DNA from: Amphiscolops sp. MND2022
Taxonomy: Eukaryota
DNA: 64,000 nt
Direction: 5' to 3'
Assembly (NCBI GenBank): GCA_964187785.1
Contig: OZ076412.1
Span: 67,580,001-67,644,000 of the forward strand
Within the stretch, counting starts at the first letter, position 1. Each line of letters starts with the position of its first letter. The position numbers and the translations under genes are program-made. The notes below the pieces were generated by a model that was not told the DNA's origin, did not search any database, and was given only the letters and a program-made list of their open reading frames with translations. Below, in pieces: positions 10,796-23,726 of this stretch.

Positions 10796-12870
10796 TCAGC
10801 CAAGTTCCATTTCGCCAACTTCCAAAATTACTTCAACATCCAAAGAATAGATTTCCAGATAAGTCGAAAATGTCTCCAGACAGTTTCCCAAGATTTGCTC
10901 TGCTACATATTTCCTCATCAAAGTTGACTGACCGCGGATGAGATATGTCAAAGAGAGTTCGTTCTCTAATTGTTCCATACTCAAGCTTTCAATTTGGCGT
11001 TCGGGAGCGATTATTGAATCATCCATCATCATCGCCAATAGATAAAGAGAATTTCCAACATTACGGCGACTGGAGTTTTTTCCTTTGTGTTCGATGCTCT
11101 CTTTGCATCCAATAGGAGGGGATTTGAGTTGTAATCTCAGTCGCTGCGCTGCATTTTGCTTTTTCTTTTCTGGCAGGTCGTTTTTCGTAGCTACATCCCA
11201 GTTTTCTCTTAGTAACTGTAATGCTGTGGAGTTTGGCTTTCGCTACTGTTTGTAGAGCGTCACCGAGCTTCTCTCACCGCAAAACTCCAATTTCATTTCA
11301 TGTGGGTTTCTTACAGGCTCCCGTAGATCATGAGAAACTTCCAATTTACCAAAACGCCCATACTGAACCCACATTGTCTTGAACGGTGCAGCCGGCCCAT
11401 TGCAAGACCCGTTGCTCCAACTTGTTGCTGTTGAGACTTTCAAAGAAGATATTTGCATTCTCGTCACCGATAGGTTGTCTCTCAAATCATGTAGCCAAAG
11501 TGGCTCGTCTTGTGGTGTTCCATTCACGTTCAACTGAGTTCCTTCCGCTATTTCCTGTATCAGATTCCAGTTATATTCAATCTTCCAAGATCTTTTCGTC
11601 AGTTGCTTGCGGTGGCCGTTGCTCAATTGAGTTTCATCAATGACATTAGCTTGTGCCACTGCGTCCATCCCTGAGTTGCCATTACCAGTCCAAGGGTTCC
11701 ATGCATTTCTATGACTTGGAATATGTTCTTCAACAAGGTTTATTTCGAAGTCAAAGTCAGGTTTCCTTTCGAAGGTTTGTTTATCATCTCTGACATTGCC
11801 TTCCACGGGTTTGTCGCGCGTCACTGTAACGTGGCATAGCTTTTGATACACGCTAATTCATTCAAATCTTCCTGCAGTACACATTGCTGCTCTTTCACAA
11901 AACCATAACTTTGGTCCAATTCAAGACATTTGTTTCCTTCTTCAAGGAGTAGATTACTGTCATAAAACATTGTCACTTGGAATAGTTTCCCTTGTTGTAC
12001 GTCCTGTGGTACGGTGGTGACTTCTGCACTCTTTTGCAGCAGTTCAAATTGCACACTCGGTTCTTCCGAAGTTTCATTGTTCGATGTGAAGGTTAAGCTT
12101 CGATGCTCTTTCATAGTTTCAGTCATTGTGTAATCCAAGGTCTCTTCTGTTTGCACTTTCAAGTGCCCGCTCATGACCATGTGAATCTCGTCATTGAAAA
12201 CTTGTTCTGTATCCACGAGGAGAGTTTCTGAATGGAAGTCTTGCCGGCCATCGTTTACAACGAACGTTTCTGGCCAGTTCCGCCTCCATTCTGCTGTGAG
12301 ATTCTTCGAGGTGTCTTTGTTGGCATCGCTTTCAACATTTGTCATATTTGAGTCTTCATGTGCTTCACGTTTGATAATTTTGTCTTGCAACTTTCCATGG
12401 CTTGGACACTTGTCTGAACACTTCATCTGCTCAGGTTGCCATTTTTTCCTTGTACACTTTCCTTTTGTTGTACAGTCAAGAGCTTTGAGCAAAGCCCTTT
12501 CTTCTTGCTTGCCCATACATTCGTCTTTTCTTTTCACCGATTCATTTCGATCAATTGAACTTTGTTTGCTCGAAGTTTGCTTTGTTTGAGTTTGCTTCAC
12601 CGTTCTCATCATTGAACTAGTTTCAACGATTTTATGGTTCGAGCGCCAATGTGATAAAACAATGCACTTTGAATCAATTCGCCCAAAACGGGGTTCCTTG
12701 TTGTTTCTCAGGTGTGACTCCTTGTCCGTCACTGCATTCATGTCGTTCTGAGAGTGAGTGCTTCGTCCACGCAGTTCAGTTCCTGTAAGAGGCTTTGTTG
12801 AGGTCAACATTGCCTTGACGGTCCGATAACATTCCAGCGGACCTTTGCATGGTTGCAACTGCTTTGTCAC
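10796..12870 (-). pseudogene. Array unit U5: 1-bp deletion plus the shared nonsense allele
   Basis: Unit is 2095 bp; the frame breaks near 11850 (NELA|CIKSY) and the E->stop allele is at about 11243. Confidence 0.8.
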
Positions 12871-12890
12871 TTTCTGTGATTGTGTCGGTC

Positions 12891-14966
12891 TCAGCCAAGT
12901 TCCATTTCGCCAACTTCCATAATTACTTCAACATCCAAAGAATAGATTTCCAGATAAGTCGAAAATGTCTCCAGACAGTTTCCCAAGATTTGCTCTGCTA
13001 CATATTTCCTCATCAAAGTTGACTGACCGCGGATGAGATATGTCAAAGAGAGTTCGTTCTCTAATTGTTCCATACTCAAGCTTTCAATTTGGCGTTCGGG
13101 AGCGATTATTGAATCATCCATCATCATCACCAAGAGATAAAGAGAATGTCCAACATTACGGCGACTGGAGTTTTTTCCTTTGTGTTCAATGCTCTCTTTG
13201 CATCCAATAGGAGGGGATTTGAGTTGTAATCTCAGTCGCTGCGCTGCATTTTGCTTTTTCTTTTCTGGCAGGTCGTTTTTCGTAGCTACATCCCAGTTTT
13301 CTCTTAGTAACTGCAATGCTGTGGAGTTTGGCTTTCGCTCCTGTTTGTAGAGCGTCACCGAGCTTCTCTCACCGCACAACTCCAATTTCATGTCATGTGG
13401 GTTTCTTACAGGCTCCCGTAGATCATGAGAAACTTCCAATTTACCAAAACGCCCATACTGAACCCACATTGTCTTGAACGGTGCAGCCGGCCCATTGCAA
13501 GACCCGTTGCTCCAACTTGTTGCTGTTGGGACATTCAAAGAAGATATTTGCATTCTCGTCACCGATAGGTTGTCTCTCAAATCATGTAGCCAAAGTGGCT
13601 CGTCTTGTGGTGTTCCATTCACGTTCAACTGAGCTCCTTCCGCTATTTCATGTATCAGATTCCAGTTATGTTCAATCTTCCAAGATCTTTTCGTCAGTTG
13701 CTTGCGGTGGCCGTTGCTCAATTGAGTTTCATCAATGACGTTAGCTTGTACCACTGCGTCCATCCCTGAGATGTCATTACCAGTCCAAGGGTTCCATGCA
13801 TTTCTATGAGTTGGAATATATTCTTCAACAAGGTTTATTTCGAAGTCAAAGTCAGGTTTCCTTTCGAAGGTTTGTTTATCATCTCTGACATTGCCTTCCA
13901 CGGGTTTGTCTCGCGTCACTGTAACGTGGCATAGCTTTTGATACATGGCTAATTCATTCAAATCTTCCTGCAGTACACATTGCTGCTCTTCCACAAAACC
14001 ATAACTTTGGTCCAATTCAAGACATTTGTTTCCTTATTCAAGGAGTAGATTACTGTCATAAAACATTGTCACTTGGAATAGTTTCCCTTGTTGTACGTCC
14101 TGTGGTACGGTGGTGACTTCTGCACTCTTTTGCAGCAGTTCAAATTGCACACTCGGTTCTTCCGAAGTTTCATTGTTCGATGTGAAGGCTAAGCTTCGAT
14201 GCTCTTTCATAGTTTCAGTCATTGTGTAATCCAAGGTCTCTTCTGTTTGCACTTTCAAGTGCCCGCTCATGACCATGTGAATCTCGTCATTGAAAACTTG
14301 TTCTGTATCCACGAGGAGAGTTTCTGAATGGAAGTCTTGCTGGCCATCGTTTACAACGAACGTTTCTGGCCAGTTCCGCATCCATTCTGCTGTGAGATTC
14401 TTCGAGGTGTCTTTGTTTGCATCGCTTTCAACATTTGTCATATTTGAGTCTTCATGTGCTTCACGTTTGATGATTTTTTCTTGCAACTTTCCATGGCTTT
14501 GACACTTGTCTGAACACTTCATCTGCTCAGGTTGCCATTTTTTCCTTGTACACTTTCCTTTTGTTGTACAGTCAAGAGCTTTGAGCAAAGCCCTTTCCTC
14601 TTGCTTGCCCATACATTCGTCTTTTCTTTTCAGCCATTCATTTTGATCACTTGAACTTTGTTTGCTCGAAGTTTGCTTTGTTCGAGTTTGCTTCACCGTT
14701 CTCATCATTGAACTAGTTTCAACGATTTTATGGTTCGAGCGCCAATGTGATAAAACAATGCACTTTGAATCAATTCGCCCAAAACGGGGTTCCTTGTTGT
14801 TTCTCAGGTGTGACTCCTTGTCCGTCACTGCATTCATGTCGTTCTCAGAGTGAGTGCTTCGTCCACGCAGTTCAGTTCCTGTAAGAGGCTTTGTTGAGGT
14901 CGACATTGCCTTGACGGTCCGATAACATTCCAGCGGACTTTTGCATGGTTGCAACTGCTTTGTCAC
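12891..14966 (-). pseudogene. Array unit U6: private GAA->TAA stop
   Basis: ORFs 14034-14966 and 12891-14015 are in frame; TCCTTATTCA versus TCCTTCTTCA at about 14035. Confidence 0.8.
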
Positions 14967-16013
14967 TTTGTGATTGTGTCGGCCTCAGCCAAGTTCCACT
15001 TCGCGCTAATTCTATTTCTTGGTTGGCAACGTGTTTAGTCCTCGCGCTTTCTTCTTCGAGCCTAGCAATTTCGAGTTGTTCCGCTAGTATCCTCATGTCC
15101 ATTTCCTCTTGTTTCTTTCGGATCTCGGCTTTGCGTCTTGCGGCAGCTAGCTGTTCATCAATTTCATCTTGTTTCTTCATTGCTTCCAATTCTAGAAGAA
15201 GTATTCGTTTTGCATTTGATGACTTAGAACTAGCTGTTGTTCTGTTGCTCTTTGAGGTTGCTTTGACTGACCCTTTGTTGCTTTGTTCGGGTAAGACTTT
15301 CACATCACTGATTGATTTAATCACATCAGATCAGAGGGGTTGGATGCTCCAAAAACACGTCCTTCCTCTTCAGTTACCCTGCTTGACTGTGCCAGTGATT
15401 TACTTTCACTGGTTACTTCTACTGAGCAATTGCGTTTTGTTCGATTGAAGCTAGTTTGCTTGAGCTTCCTTGTGTGAGTGCATCTCATAGTCGCATCTGT
15501 GGAGATTCCACTTGCCACTTGGCGAAGTTTTGTTTTGTTTGTCTCATCTTTTGGGCCCTTCAACGTTGTCTTCACATCAGGGAACCAATATCCCCAGCTG
15601 GCTTCTAATTGTGCAAAGAATTCTTCCCATTCAGTCACACTTCGACTGAGCTGTCTTTGCTTTTCTTCATTTGTGAGGTCCAACATAAGATCTACGTTAT
15701 GCAACATTGCTTGTTTATTTTCGCGATATTCGAATACCCAATCATTCAATTCACCTTTGCAAAGACTAGCGCCTTGCTCGTCAAGCTTGTCATCCAAGTC
15801 TTTAATCAGAGTCAGTAGTCTTCCAACTTGGGTGGCCACAGCGTCCACATAAAAGCGCCACACGTACCAGTCGGAATCATTTTCCAAATCTCTTAATCTG
15901 GGGTCCATCAGTTCTTGGCTCTGATTTGTGTTTCTTTGATCAAATACATTTGTCATTCGAGGATGTTGCACCTCGAGCATTTCTTTCTTTCTGGCTTTCA
16001 TTTGTTCAGACAA
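14872..16013 (-). pseudogene. Gag-like region of the BEL/Pao element, split into two overlapping ORFs (230 aa and 150 aa)
   Basis: First ORFs downstream of the PBS; helical acidic segment followed by Ser-rich plus coiled-coil ASSKSSNAKRILLLELEAMKKQ...AAARRKAE, typical of BEL gag N-termini; runs into the array in another frame. Confidence 0.55.
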
Positions 16014-16892
16014 CAGTTTTGTTTAGCTGAGGGCTTTCTAACTACACAATAGTTTCTTGTCAATTTTGTAATTTTTCCCAAATTCCGCAAATTGTTAGAT
16101 CTGAAGTATCAACTGCTCAACCCAGTAATCAGTCGCCAATTCTTGAAGAATCAACCCAACAATGTCGATTATGCTTGCCTTCTTTGACGAACTTGGTTGT
16201 TTCGGTGGATCTCGTCCCTCTGACTTGATCCCTTTGCTTTACTTGGTGGATATTCTTGCAGCGACGTCTTAGTTCAGCCTTTGCTTTCAATTACGAATAG
16301 GTTTCGCAAGGATACAATTCGTCCCAAACTGGATTTGAAGCACACTTGCCTCCAGAGTGCTGCTAAAGCCCAACTCCCAGAGTACACAACCAATCCAGTT
16401 CCAAATCGCCCAATAGTCCAATACCAAAGCCCCAGTGTACACTTTCACAGAGTTCCAATCACCAACTGTAGACCCAATTTCCACAGTTCTCGTTCGTCGT
16501 GAGTAGTCGTTTCAGCTACTTGTCGCGATTCCGTTTGAGTGCGAGGACTCTTGCAATACTTTTCGATTGCTGTTTGAACAAGATCACCTGCTGTCACTTT
16601 TACGTTTGGAAGGTCCCTACAATTAGGCTTGTCCTTCCAGCTCTCTAGTTTGCCAATGAAACCAGCACGGAAGCTCTTTCAAACTTCGTGTCACTTGAAC
16701 AGATAGATGTTGTGCCACCCGTTTGATGACTGTAACTGCTCACGTGTCTTCCAACGCAAATGTTATACACACGTGATGAAGACGACGTTCCTCTTGTAGT
16801 GTCCATCCAGATTGATGTCCACTCCAACTGTTGATGTAAGCCCAATGTGTTGATGTCCGCCCCAAACTGATGAAGTCCGCCCAATCGATGAT

Positions 16893-16910
16893 GTCCGGGT
16901 CGGCGGACCA
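16893..16910 (-). other. Primer-binding site, tRNA-Tyr-like
   Basis: Minus strand TGGTCCGCCGACCCGGAC lies 2 nt after the LTR; the implied tRNA has C1-G72/A73, the eukaryotic Tyr identity, and resembles the Pao PBS TGGTCCTTCGAGCCGGA. Confidence 0.7.
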
Positions 16911-16912
16911 AA

Positions 16913-17759
16913 TGTAACGGCTGCTTGATCCCTTCACTTGACCAAGCTTTACGCCGCCCTGAATTCGGTGCTCGGCACTGCGGATCGTTACCGAACACTG
17001 CTTGCTTCTTAGATTAAAAGGACTGTATCTTGACTTAGTAGGATCCAATGATTCCGAATTGCACTTCTTCCTTGTCTCTTAACACGTCCAACTCTCAAGT
17101 TGAGAGTAACTAACTTAGTCACCCTAAGTCTTTGGCGAAAAGTCGAAAAGAGGTGAAGAAATGAATTGAGATTTGAAATGGTCCTAAGACCCAACTCGAA
17201 TACAGCCTCCAATCAATTTGTGCCTATCTAGTTATGGTATACATATCGTTTACAATTCTACAGTAAATACAAGTCAAAATATGAAGTATAAATGAATGAC
17301 ATTCAAGTGAATTATTAAAGTTATTGGTTATGTAAACAAACCATAGTGTGGGTATAGCATGTTGGTTAGGTGGGCTCTAAAGCATGTTTACACATTGTAA
17401 ATATCATGTATTTCAACAGAGTTACATTCTAATGTGGTCATATAGGTAAATAACAAAGTTTACATTTTTGGTTCAATGACCTTGAACACTACACATGTGA
17501 GGGGTAAAGGGGGTTATAATGGGTGAATGACCTTGAAACTTGGCCGGTAAGCTCGTGTTAGGTACTTGCACATGTGTGCCAAGTTTCATAGCTCTACGGT
17601 TAATAGTTGTCGAGAAAACCCATTTAGGGGGGTTTTGACGAAAATTGACGATCGAATTTTCTTCAAGTTTTCATCTAAGTTTCAAAGAGTTTAAGTCTTG
17701 TTTCTCAATCAGCATGCTCTGAATCGAGTTTCTTTGCCTGCTGCTGACTGGCGCCAACA
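16913..17759 (-). repeat. 5' LTR of the BEL/Pao-like element
   Basis: 847-bp near-identical copy of 1-848 with TG...CA ends. Confidence 0.92.
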
Positions 17760-18800
17760 CAGTGGGAATATTATCTTCGGATCTTTGTCAAACCGATTGT
17801 CTGTGTGAAGTTCGATGATGATCATATCGGTAAATCCTTGTCCCAGCAATACCCACAGTTCCTTAAGACATATCAGGGATCAGATCCAATCTTCAAAGTT
17901 CTTTATCACGTACAATCTTGGAAAGAGCCACCACCACGGTGCACGCTCGCATTTGCTTCAACTACCCATTCGCCCTGCTTGATCCTTGGACTTGTTACAA
18001 GGTGCAACGTCAAAAGTTTCCTGCAGGTCAAAAGGTGGTCATCATTTGAGACAAAAATTTACAATCAGGAATGGCATACGATATGCTCAGTAGAGCCAAA
18101 CTTGTCTGACATTTCAATAACGGGCCAATTTGCGCCGAGGAAGATCCTATGTATTGAAGGGGCAAGGGTTAAGTGTGAATTTCTCGCCATCATCCACTGC
18201 CAAAAAGATGAACAGCTCACTGATTGCTGTCTGAACATTCAATCCCTAAATGGAAATCTGGAAGACCTCAAAGCAGACTATTTAGTGACTTCATGTACCG
18301 TTGTGTTGCTTTGCGAAACGTGGCTGGGAACTGAATATCCAGATAGCGCGCTCCATCTCAAATTCTTGAAAATCAATCATCTGAAAGGATGAGGGCGAAT
18401 TGGAGCGCTGTTCCGACAGATGTCAACACTGACTTCGCAATTTACACTTTGCTGATCTAAGTAACTCTGCTGTCGAAACGATTTTCAATGATAGCAGTGT
18501 ATCGTACGCACCAGGGTCAGCTTTCATGAATAGCCTGAAAAATCATCACTGGCAAGACTGCACTCATAAAGGGCGCTTTCAATTCCCCAGACTTCCAAGA
18601 TCGAAGGCTTCCTCAGAAGCTAGGATTTGTACACGTCGTGTCCGCACCAAAGCCACGTCGAGCCGGCAAGAAACTTGACCTTTGTTTGGCACAATTTCTG
18701 GACGTGTCACTCTTCATTCATCCCTGGCACTATTACCAAGAGTGCCTATGTATGGCTGTCCATGGCATCGAATTTTAGCCTATAAAATTTTGCTAGTGTG
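17760..18800 (+). mobile_element. Helentron (Helitron) remnant: PIF1-helicase C-terminus plus AP-endonuclease start
   Basis: VKFDDDHIGK...TLAFASTTH (helicase LAFASTIHK motif) followed by LNIQSL...LLCETWL (EEP/APE motif I); degenerate. Confidence 0.55.
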
Positions 18801-20754
18801 AAGTCATTTCCTACACTGGAAAAAACATTGAATGTAATTGTGAACACTCAATTGATCATTCATTTGACTCAGTCTCAAATTGACTTTTTTGTTTGCTGTT
18901 CACTTTTGTCCCCCAATTACCCAGGGACTTCAAGCTGAATTTCAAATGAAACTGATTTAATCTTTCGCATCACTGAGTTTCTAGATTAAGTGCAACAGCA
19001 TTTGCTTGTCGGCAAATTTTCTTGACTCACACTGGAGTGAACTTTTTGAAAATCAGTTTGTTGAAAGGCCTAAATGATCTGCCCCCGTTTTGTGCACACC
19101 GTGAAAACACTTTTACCATAAGTACCGACTACTCGTTTTCGAACGCATTCAAAGCCTCTAACATGAATTACAAAACCATTCCAAAGCAGAATGGTACCCG
19201 TTTGCACTTTTTTCGGCACTAAGAGACTACAACATTCTCATTTTGTGTCTGATGTTCAGTTTTCTCAATAGATATCCACGAGAAAAGTTTTTCAAAACTG
19301 TCGGAAATTGACGTAATGTCTAAAGTAAAGCGCTTGACGCGAATATAGATGTTATATCCGAATTACATTGCGCGTCTTACTGAAGAGGAGGGGAGGTTCA
19401 AAAACAAGCGCTTCCATTTGTCCGAGCACGCTATATCGGAACTTTTGAAGCGTTTTTCGAGCACGAAAGTCATCCTTCCGGTGTTTCGAATTTTTTTCTG
19501 AGTTTTTCATGGAAACTGCCTGGGCATATTCCAAAAGCTGCGCTGTTTGAGCCTTAGGTATAGCGCCGACCTTAGATCACGTGTCCCATAATATAAGGAT
19601 CAGGTACGGAGTGAATTCCGGGTAAAATAACGTGTTATTGTCCAAATGAAATTTGGCGTGTAATGGCGTGTAAATGAGTCTGAAAACTGCTGAGTATTGC
19701 AGGAAAATGTGACGTCCAAGAAATTCAACTTGCATTTGTTTCACGAAGCGTTGCAGGATATTTGAGAAATGTTTATGATAGAGAATAATAAACTCGCGTT
19801 ATCTCACTAAACACTGTCGCGTTTCTCTCACTATATGCTACTGCATTACAGCAACGCAACAGTACTGCATATAGCAGAGAATTGTGAAACCCGACAAAAA
19901 ACTGGCTTCTCTCACCGAGCGTTTGTTGTTGTAATTTTGTGATTGCGGAAGACATTAACCGTTCCTATTATGACAGCTGATAAACCTTTTATCCATTTTG
20001 TTTTAGAGTTTCTATGGAATCAGGCGCTACGTCAACTGGTAGCAATTATAACGGCGTCAGAGAATTGAAGCCAGTTCACATCTCTCGAAAAAGAAATCAA
20101 ACAAAATTAATCATATCGCTTGTCAGCTAAGAAACGAGCCTCTCAATCGGTAGTCGAGGAATTTTGTTCTGTTCCGTCGAGTTTGCTCAAAAACTGTTGA
20201 TGACTTAGGCAAGTGACAAAAAACGCCACAAAGAATCAGATGTGTATATCAACAAGAAGAAACCGGTTCCAAAGAAGCAAACTAATATCACAACAAGACG
20301 CCCGCTAAGCACCGGAATATTTTCCGCCACCAGAACATTTTCCAGAAAGTGTCGAGAAGGCGAAGTTCGGAACCCATTCATACTTCCTAAACAGAATAGC
20401 AGGGCAAGGGATAGGTATACCGACCACCTCCTTCCTGGGAAAAACAAAAAATTCAGGCTACAGCCCGGATTCGAGCCCACTTTCTGTCTGCTCTACTAAT
20501 GTGGCAACAATGAAAAATATATCCGCGTAACTGAGAGGATTTCAAGTGAAGTGGACTTCTGGCCGCAATTGTAAAACAAACGCTACACGGATGGCGTTTC
20601 CCTCCTTCTGAAGCGGAAAATGATGACTGCACAAACAGCTGAACATTGAAATTTTGCTATGATTGCGGATTTCGTTAAAATCTTGACTACGGTAAATTTA
20701 CCTATTAATACTGCAGTTAACGCTTGTCTGTAGCCTTTTGAAGTCACACATTTG

Positions 20755-21538
20755 CTGTGGAGGAGCAATTCCTTCTCGCGCAAGTTTCACAGCTTACATA
20801 AACGATGATCACACTGCTTCAAAAACACACTACTTCAAAAACTATACTGGACGAAACCTTATACATGTAGAAGAGAGGGACGTGGATTGCACAATTATGG
20901 CGCTAGCTGAAACGGAACTGCATAAGTCAGCGTCCCGCTCAAGGCTCAAAATAGCAAAAACACTTCAAAGCGTCAAGAATTCTCATTCGAAACAATTTCA
21001 CAGTACCGAAAAACCCAAATGACTTTTTCGAAGGGGCGTATTATCTTCCACAACCTCTTTAGTAAAATAGGCCCCTCCGGGGCTCAGTACTATTTCTGCT
21101 TTAATCTTTATTTTTTTTGAACAAAAAAATTCATTAATAAAAGAATCATATCTGGAATACCAATACACTCTTGTTTAATCATTATTTAGCGCACAATTAC
21201 ATGTAATCACTGTACAAGTTTACACCGCCTTTAATTCTTCTCGGACTAAAGAAAATAAAACTACTAAGCGTAGACGAAGTTTCGCATTCGCATTTGAATG
21301 CAGGCGAAGCTCTCAACGAACGAATAATTAACACTCATTCGCTTCATCTCAATAACTCGGGGCAACGAAAGCACAATTACGAACATTCGCTCGCTTCATC
21401 TCAATGACGTCAGCATACGAATGGATAATTACCACTCGCTCGTTCCATCGCACTAGAATTGAATTGTTGTCGGCAGCTTGAGAAAATTGTTTCCCATGCT
21501 TACAGTCACTGCCGAACAAAATATCTGAATTATTCAGT
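20755..21538 (+). repeat. Dispersed ~780-bp repeat, copy 1
   Basis: Near-identical to 24684-25451; its 3' part recurs at about 34632-35190, with diverged pieces at 21610-22030 and 28090-28600. Confidence 0.9.
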
Positions 21539-23726
21539 ATCACGACAAAAATTGTACTGAAAAAAAAGTAGAAAGTTTGAGGTTACAATAATATTCCTGC
21601 TAAAGCAGAAATATTAAAAATAGGCCACAGTATCATTTCCGCTTTAGGCTTTCATGTTCAATAATAGAAGCATATCTGGAATAACCAACACTACTGTTTA
21701 ATCATTACACAGTGCACGATAAACCACTGTAACAGTTTACACCGCCTTTAATTCTACTCGGACTAAAGAAAATATAACTACTAACCGTATACGCAGTTTT
21801 GCATTCGGATTTGAATGCAGGCCAAGCTCTCGGTGAACAAATAATTAAAACTCATTTGCTTCATCGCACGAGAATTGAATTGGCGTCGGCAGCTTGAGAA
21901 ATTACACGTTTGTACTCGCTGCACATATCTGAATTTTTCAGCAGATACTCGAATCACGAACAGTCGTTTGAAAAAAAGTTGAATCTTTCAGATTTCTATA
22001 TTATTCCTGCTATGGCAGAAATAATAAAAACGCAATCCACTTCGGTTATAATGTAGAAAATTCGGATAAAGCGATATATTTTGTCCATATCCGAAACTGC
22101 AACTAAATGGTACAATTTGGCCCCGTAAAATTAGGTAGAACTTTTGGTCGAACTTTTTTAGTCAGTTCGTGTGGGTGACAAAAGCCACTATTATAGTCGC
22201 GTTTCACCTCATGAAGCGTCGCCTAAAAACGGACACAGTAGTAGCATTTGATCATTCGATGTTTGTAGGTGAGAGATAAGAATTGTTCTTAAAATTATTC
22301 GAGATTATTCGAGGCTTATCAAGGAGAAAAGGCTGTTCTTGAATCCCGATATATCAAACCACATTTAACTAACATTCTTAGGTCGTCTGTTCTCATTTGA
22401 CTGGGGAGTGCCGTGTTCTTTACGGAAACCATGTCTTTTGCGAGCATCAGCAGTGTTGTCCATTGTTCTATTCATAGCAGTCTCTATCACAGGAAAACTC
22501 ATTGCACATCAACTAAACTGAAAAAGACAATTGAATTCACTTTTTCAGGCAAATTCCAAGGCGGTTCACTTACGAATGCGAGAAATACTGAACAAATCAA
22601 GTGAAAAACTACCTTGGACAACGTAAAATTATATCAAGAAGGATCAAATGCTTTCTTCGCAGTTTCGGCAGACAACAACATTGCGCAATACTGTTCCGCT
22701 CAGGTAAATGTACATAATAAAAGTAGTAGACTAAGAACTGCTTGAAAAGAACCGAGAAGTATTTTCAGAAGAAACCAGAGCCACATCATTACGATACACA
22801 TGCCGGTACGAACTAGCAGGATCACAGCATGATGCGCGGTAGAGGAGTCGGCTTAGGCCTTTTTCCTTCTGACTCGCTTGAATCGCCGGTCATACCATTT
22901 TGATGAAATTTCAAATGTTAAGCCTTTATATGGTGTAGAAAGACTTCATAAAAGTTTTTTCAAATAGTTAAGTGTTTCGTTCGAATCGTATGAACTGTTT
23001 GAGAAAAATGAAAAAAAGTTCAAAAATGGCTGTTTTTTGGTCATTTTTGGGCTAATTTTCTCACATCCCAGGCATACGATTTTGATGCCATTGTGCACGC
23101 AGGAGCACCTTTGGGTGTGTAATGACTGCAAAATTTCATGGAAATCGTATGGACAGATTTTTATAGTATGGAAAAAAACACGATTGCATAAGTAGTCGAA
23201 AATTTTTTTCGACTCCCTAAAATAATTGAATAGTCAAAAAGCAACTTTTCTGCTACTACCAAATGAGTATTTCTCGAAATTAAAAGCTCACGAATAGGTT
23301 CCTTTCTAATCAATCTGAATGAAATTACTTCTCGATTACGACCACTGCTGAAGAAAAAGAGTAGGCAAAACGCTTTCAAATGTGACAAAGTCGACACTCA
23401 TTCATTTATTTATCAGTCTGTACATTTATTGTAGTCTTTCGAACGAGCTTCCCGAAAAAAACGCGGAAATCGGCTCAACTGAGATTATTTCGAGTAAATT
23501 ATCTTTCAGAAAAATCGGTTGGAATTTTTTAAATAGTTCGAAGTTTTCAACAATTTGATGCTGACTAACAAGAAAGTGGATATCTAATACACCTCAGGGA
23601 AAGATTTCAAACTCTCGGACTTTTCCTACAAAAGTAGCCGAGAGTCCCTTAGAATTAATAATCAAAAAAGGAAACTCGTACTCATAATGGGCAAAAAAAC
23701 TTGAGGGTTTGCAGTCGGAATTTTAC

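Larger units (their letters stand above)
1239..15004. repeat. Head-to-tail tandem array of a 2096-bp unit (six full units plus one internally deleted unit)
   Basis: Equivalent ORF ends recur at 2412, 4508, 6604, 8700, 10796 and 12891 (2096/2095-bp spacing) with near-identical sequence; shared sequence ends at 1239 and 15004. Confidence 0.97.
1..17759 (-). mobile_element. Complete LTR retrotransposon, BEL/Pao-like, apparently non-autonomous, with an internal tandem array
   Basis: Direct repeats at 1-848 and 16913-17759 with TG...CA ends; PBS next to the right LTR and PPT next to the left LTR give minus orientation; gag-like ORFs follow the PBS; BEL-integrase-like C-terminal remnant lies before the PPT; no RT YxDD motif found. 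Confidence 0.85.

Noticed and set aside
1717-14853. Recurring plus-strand ORFs of 131 aa and 85 aa in every array unit
   Set aside because: Antisense shadows of the long minus-strand ORF, starting at non-ATG codons, with no recognisable motifs; recurrence is explained by the tandem repeat.
1239-15004. Array as CRISPR-like or as a diversity-generating cassette system
   Set aside because: No repeat-spacer alternation; differences between units are scattered point changes, not localised hypervariable segments.
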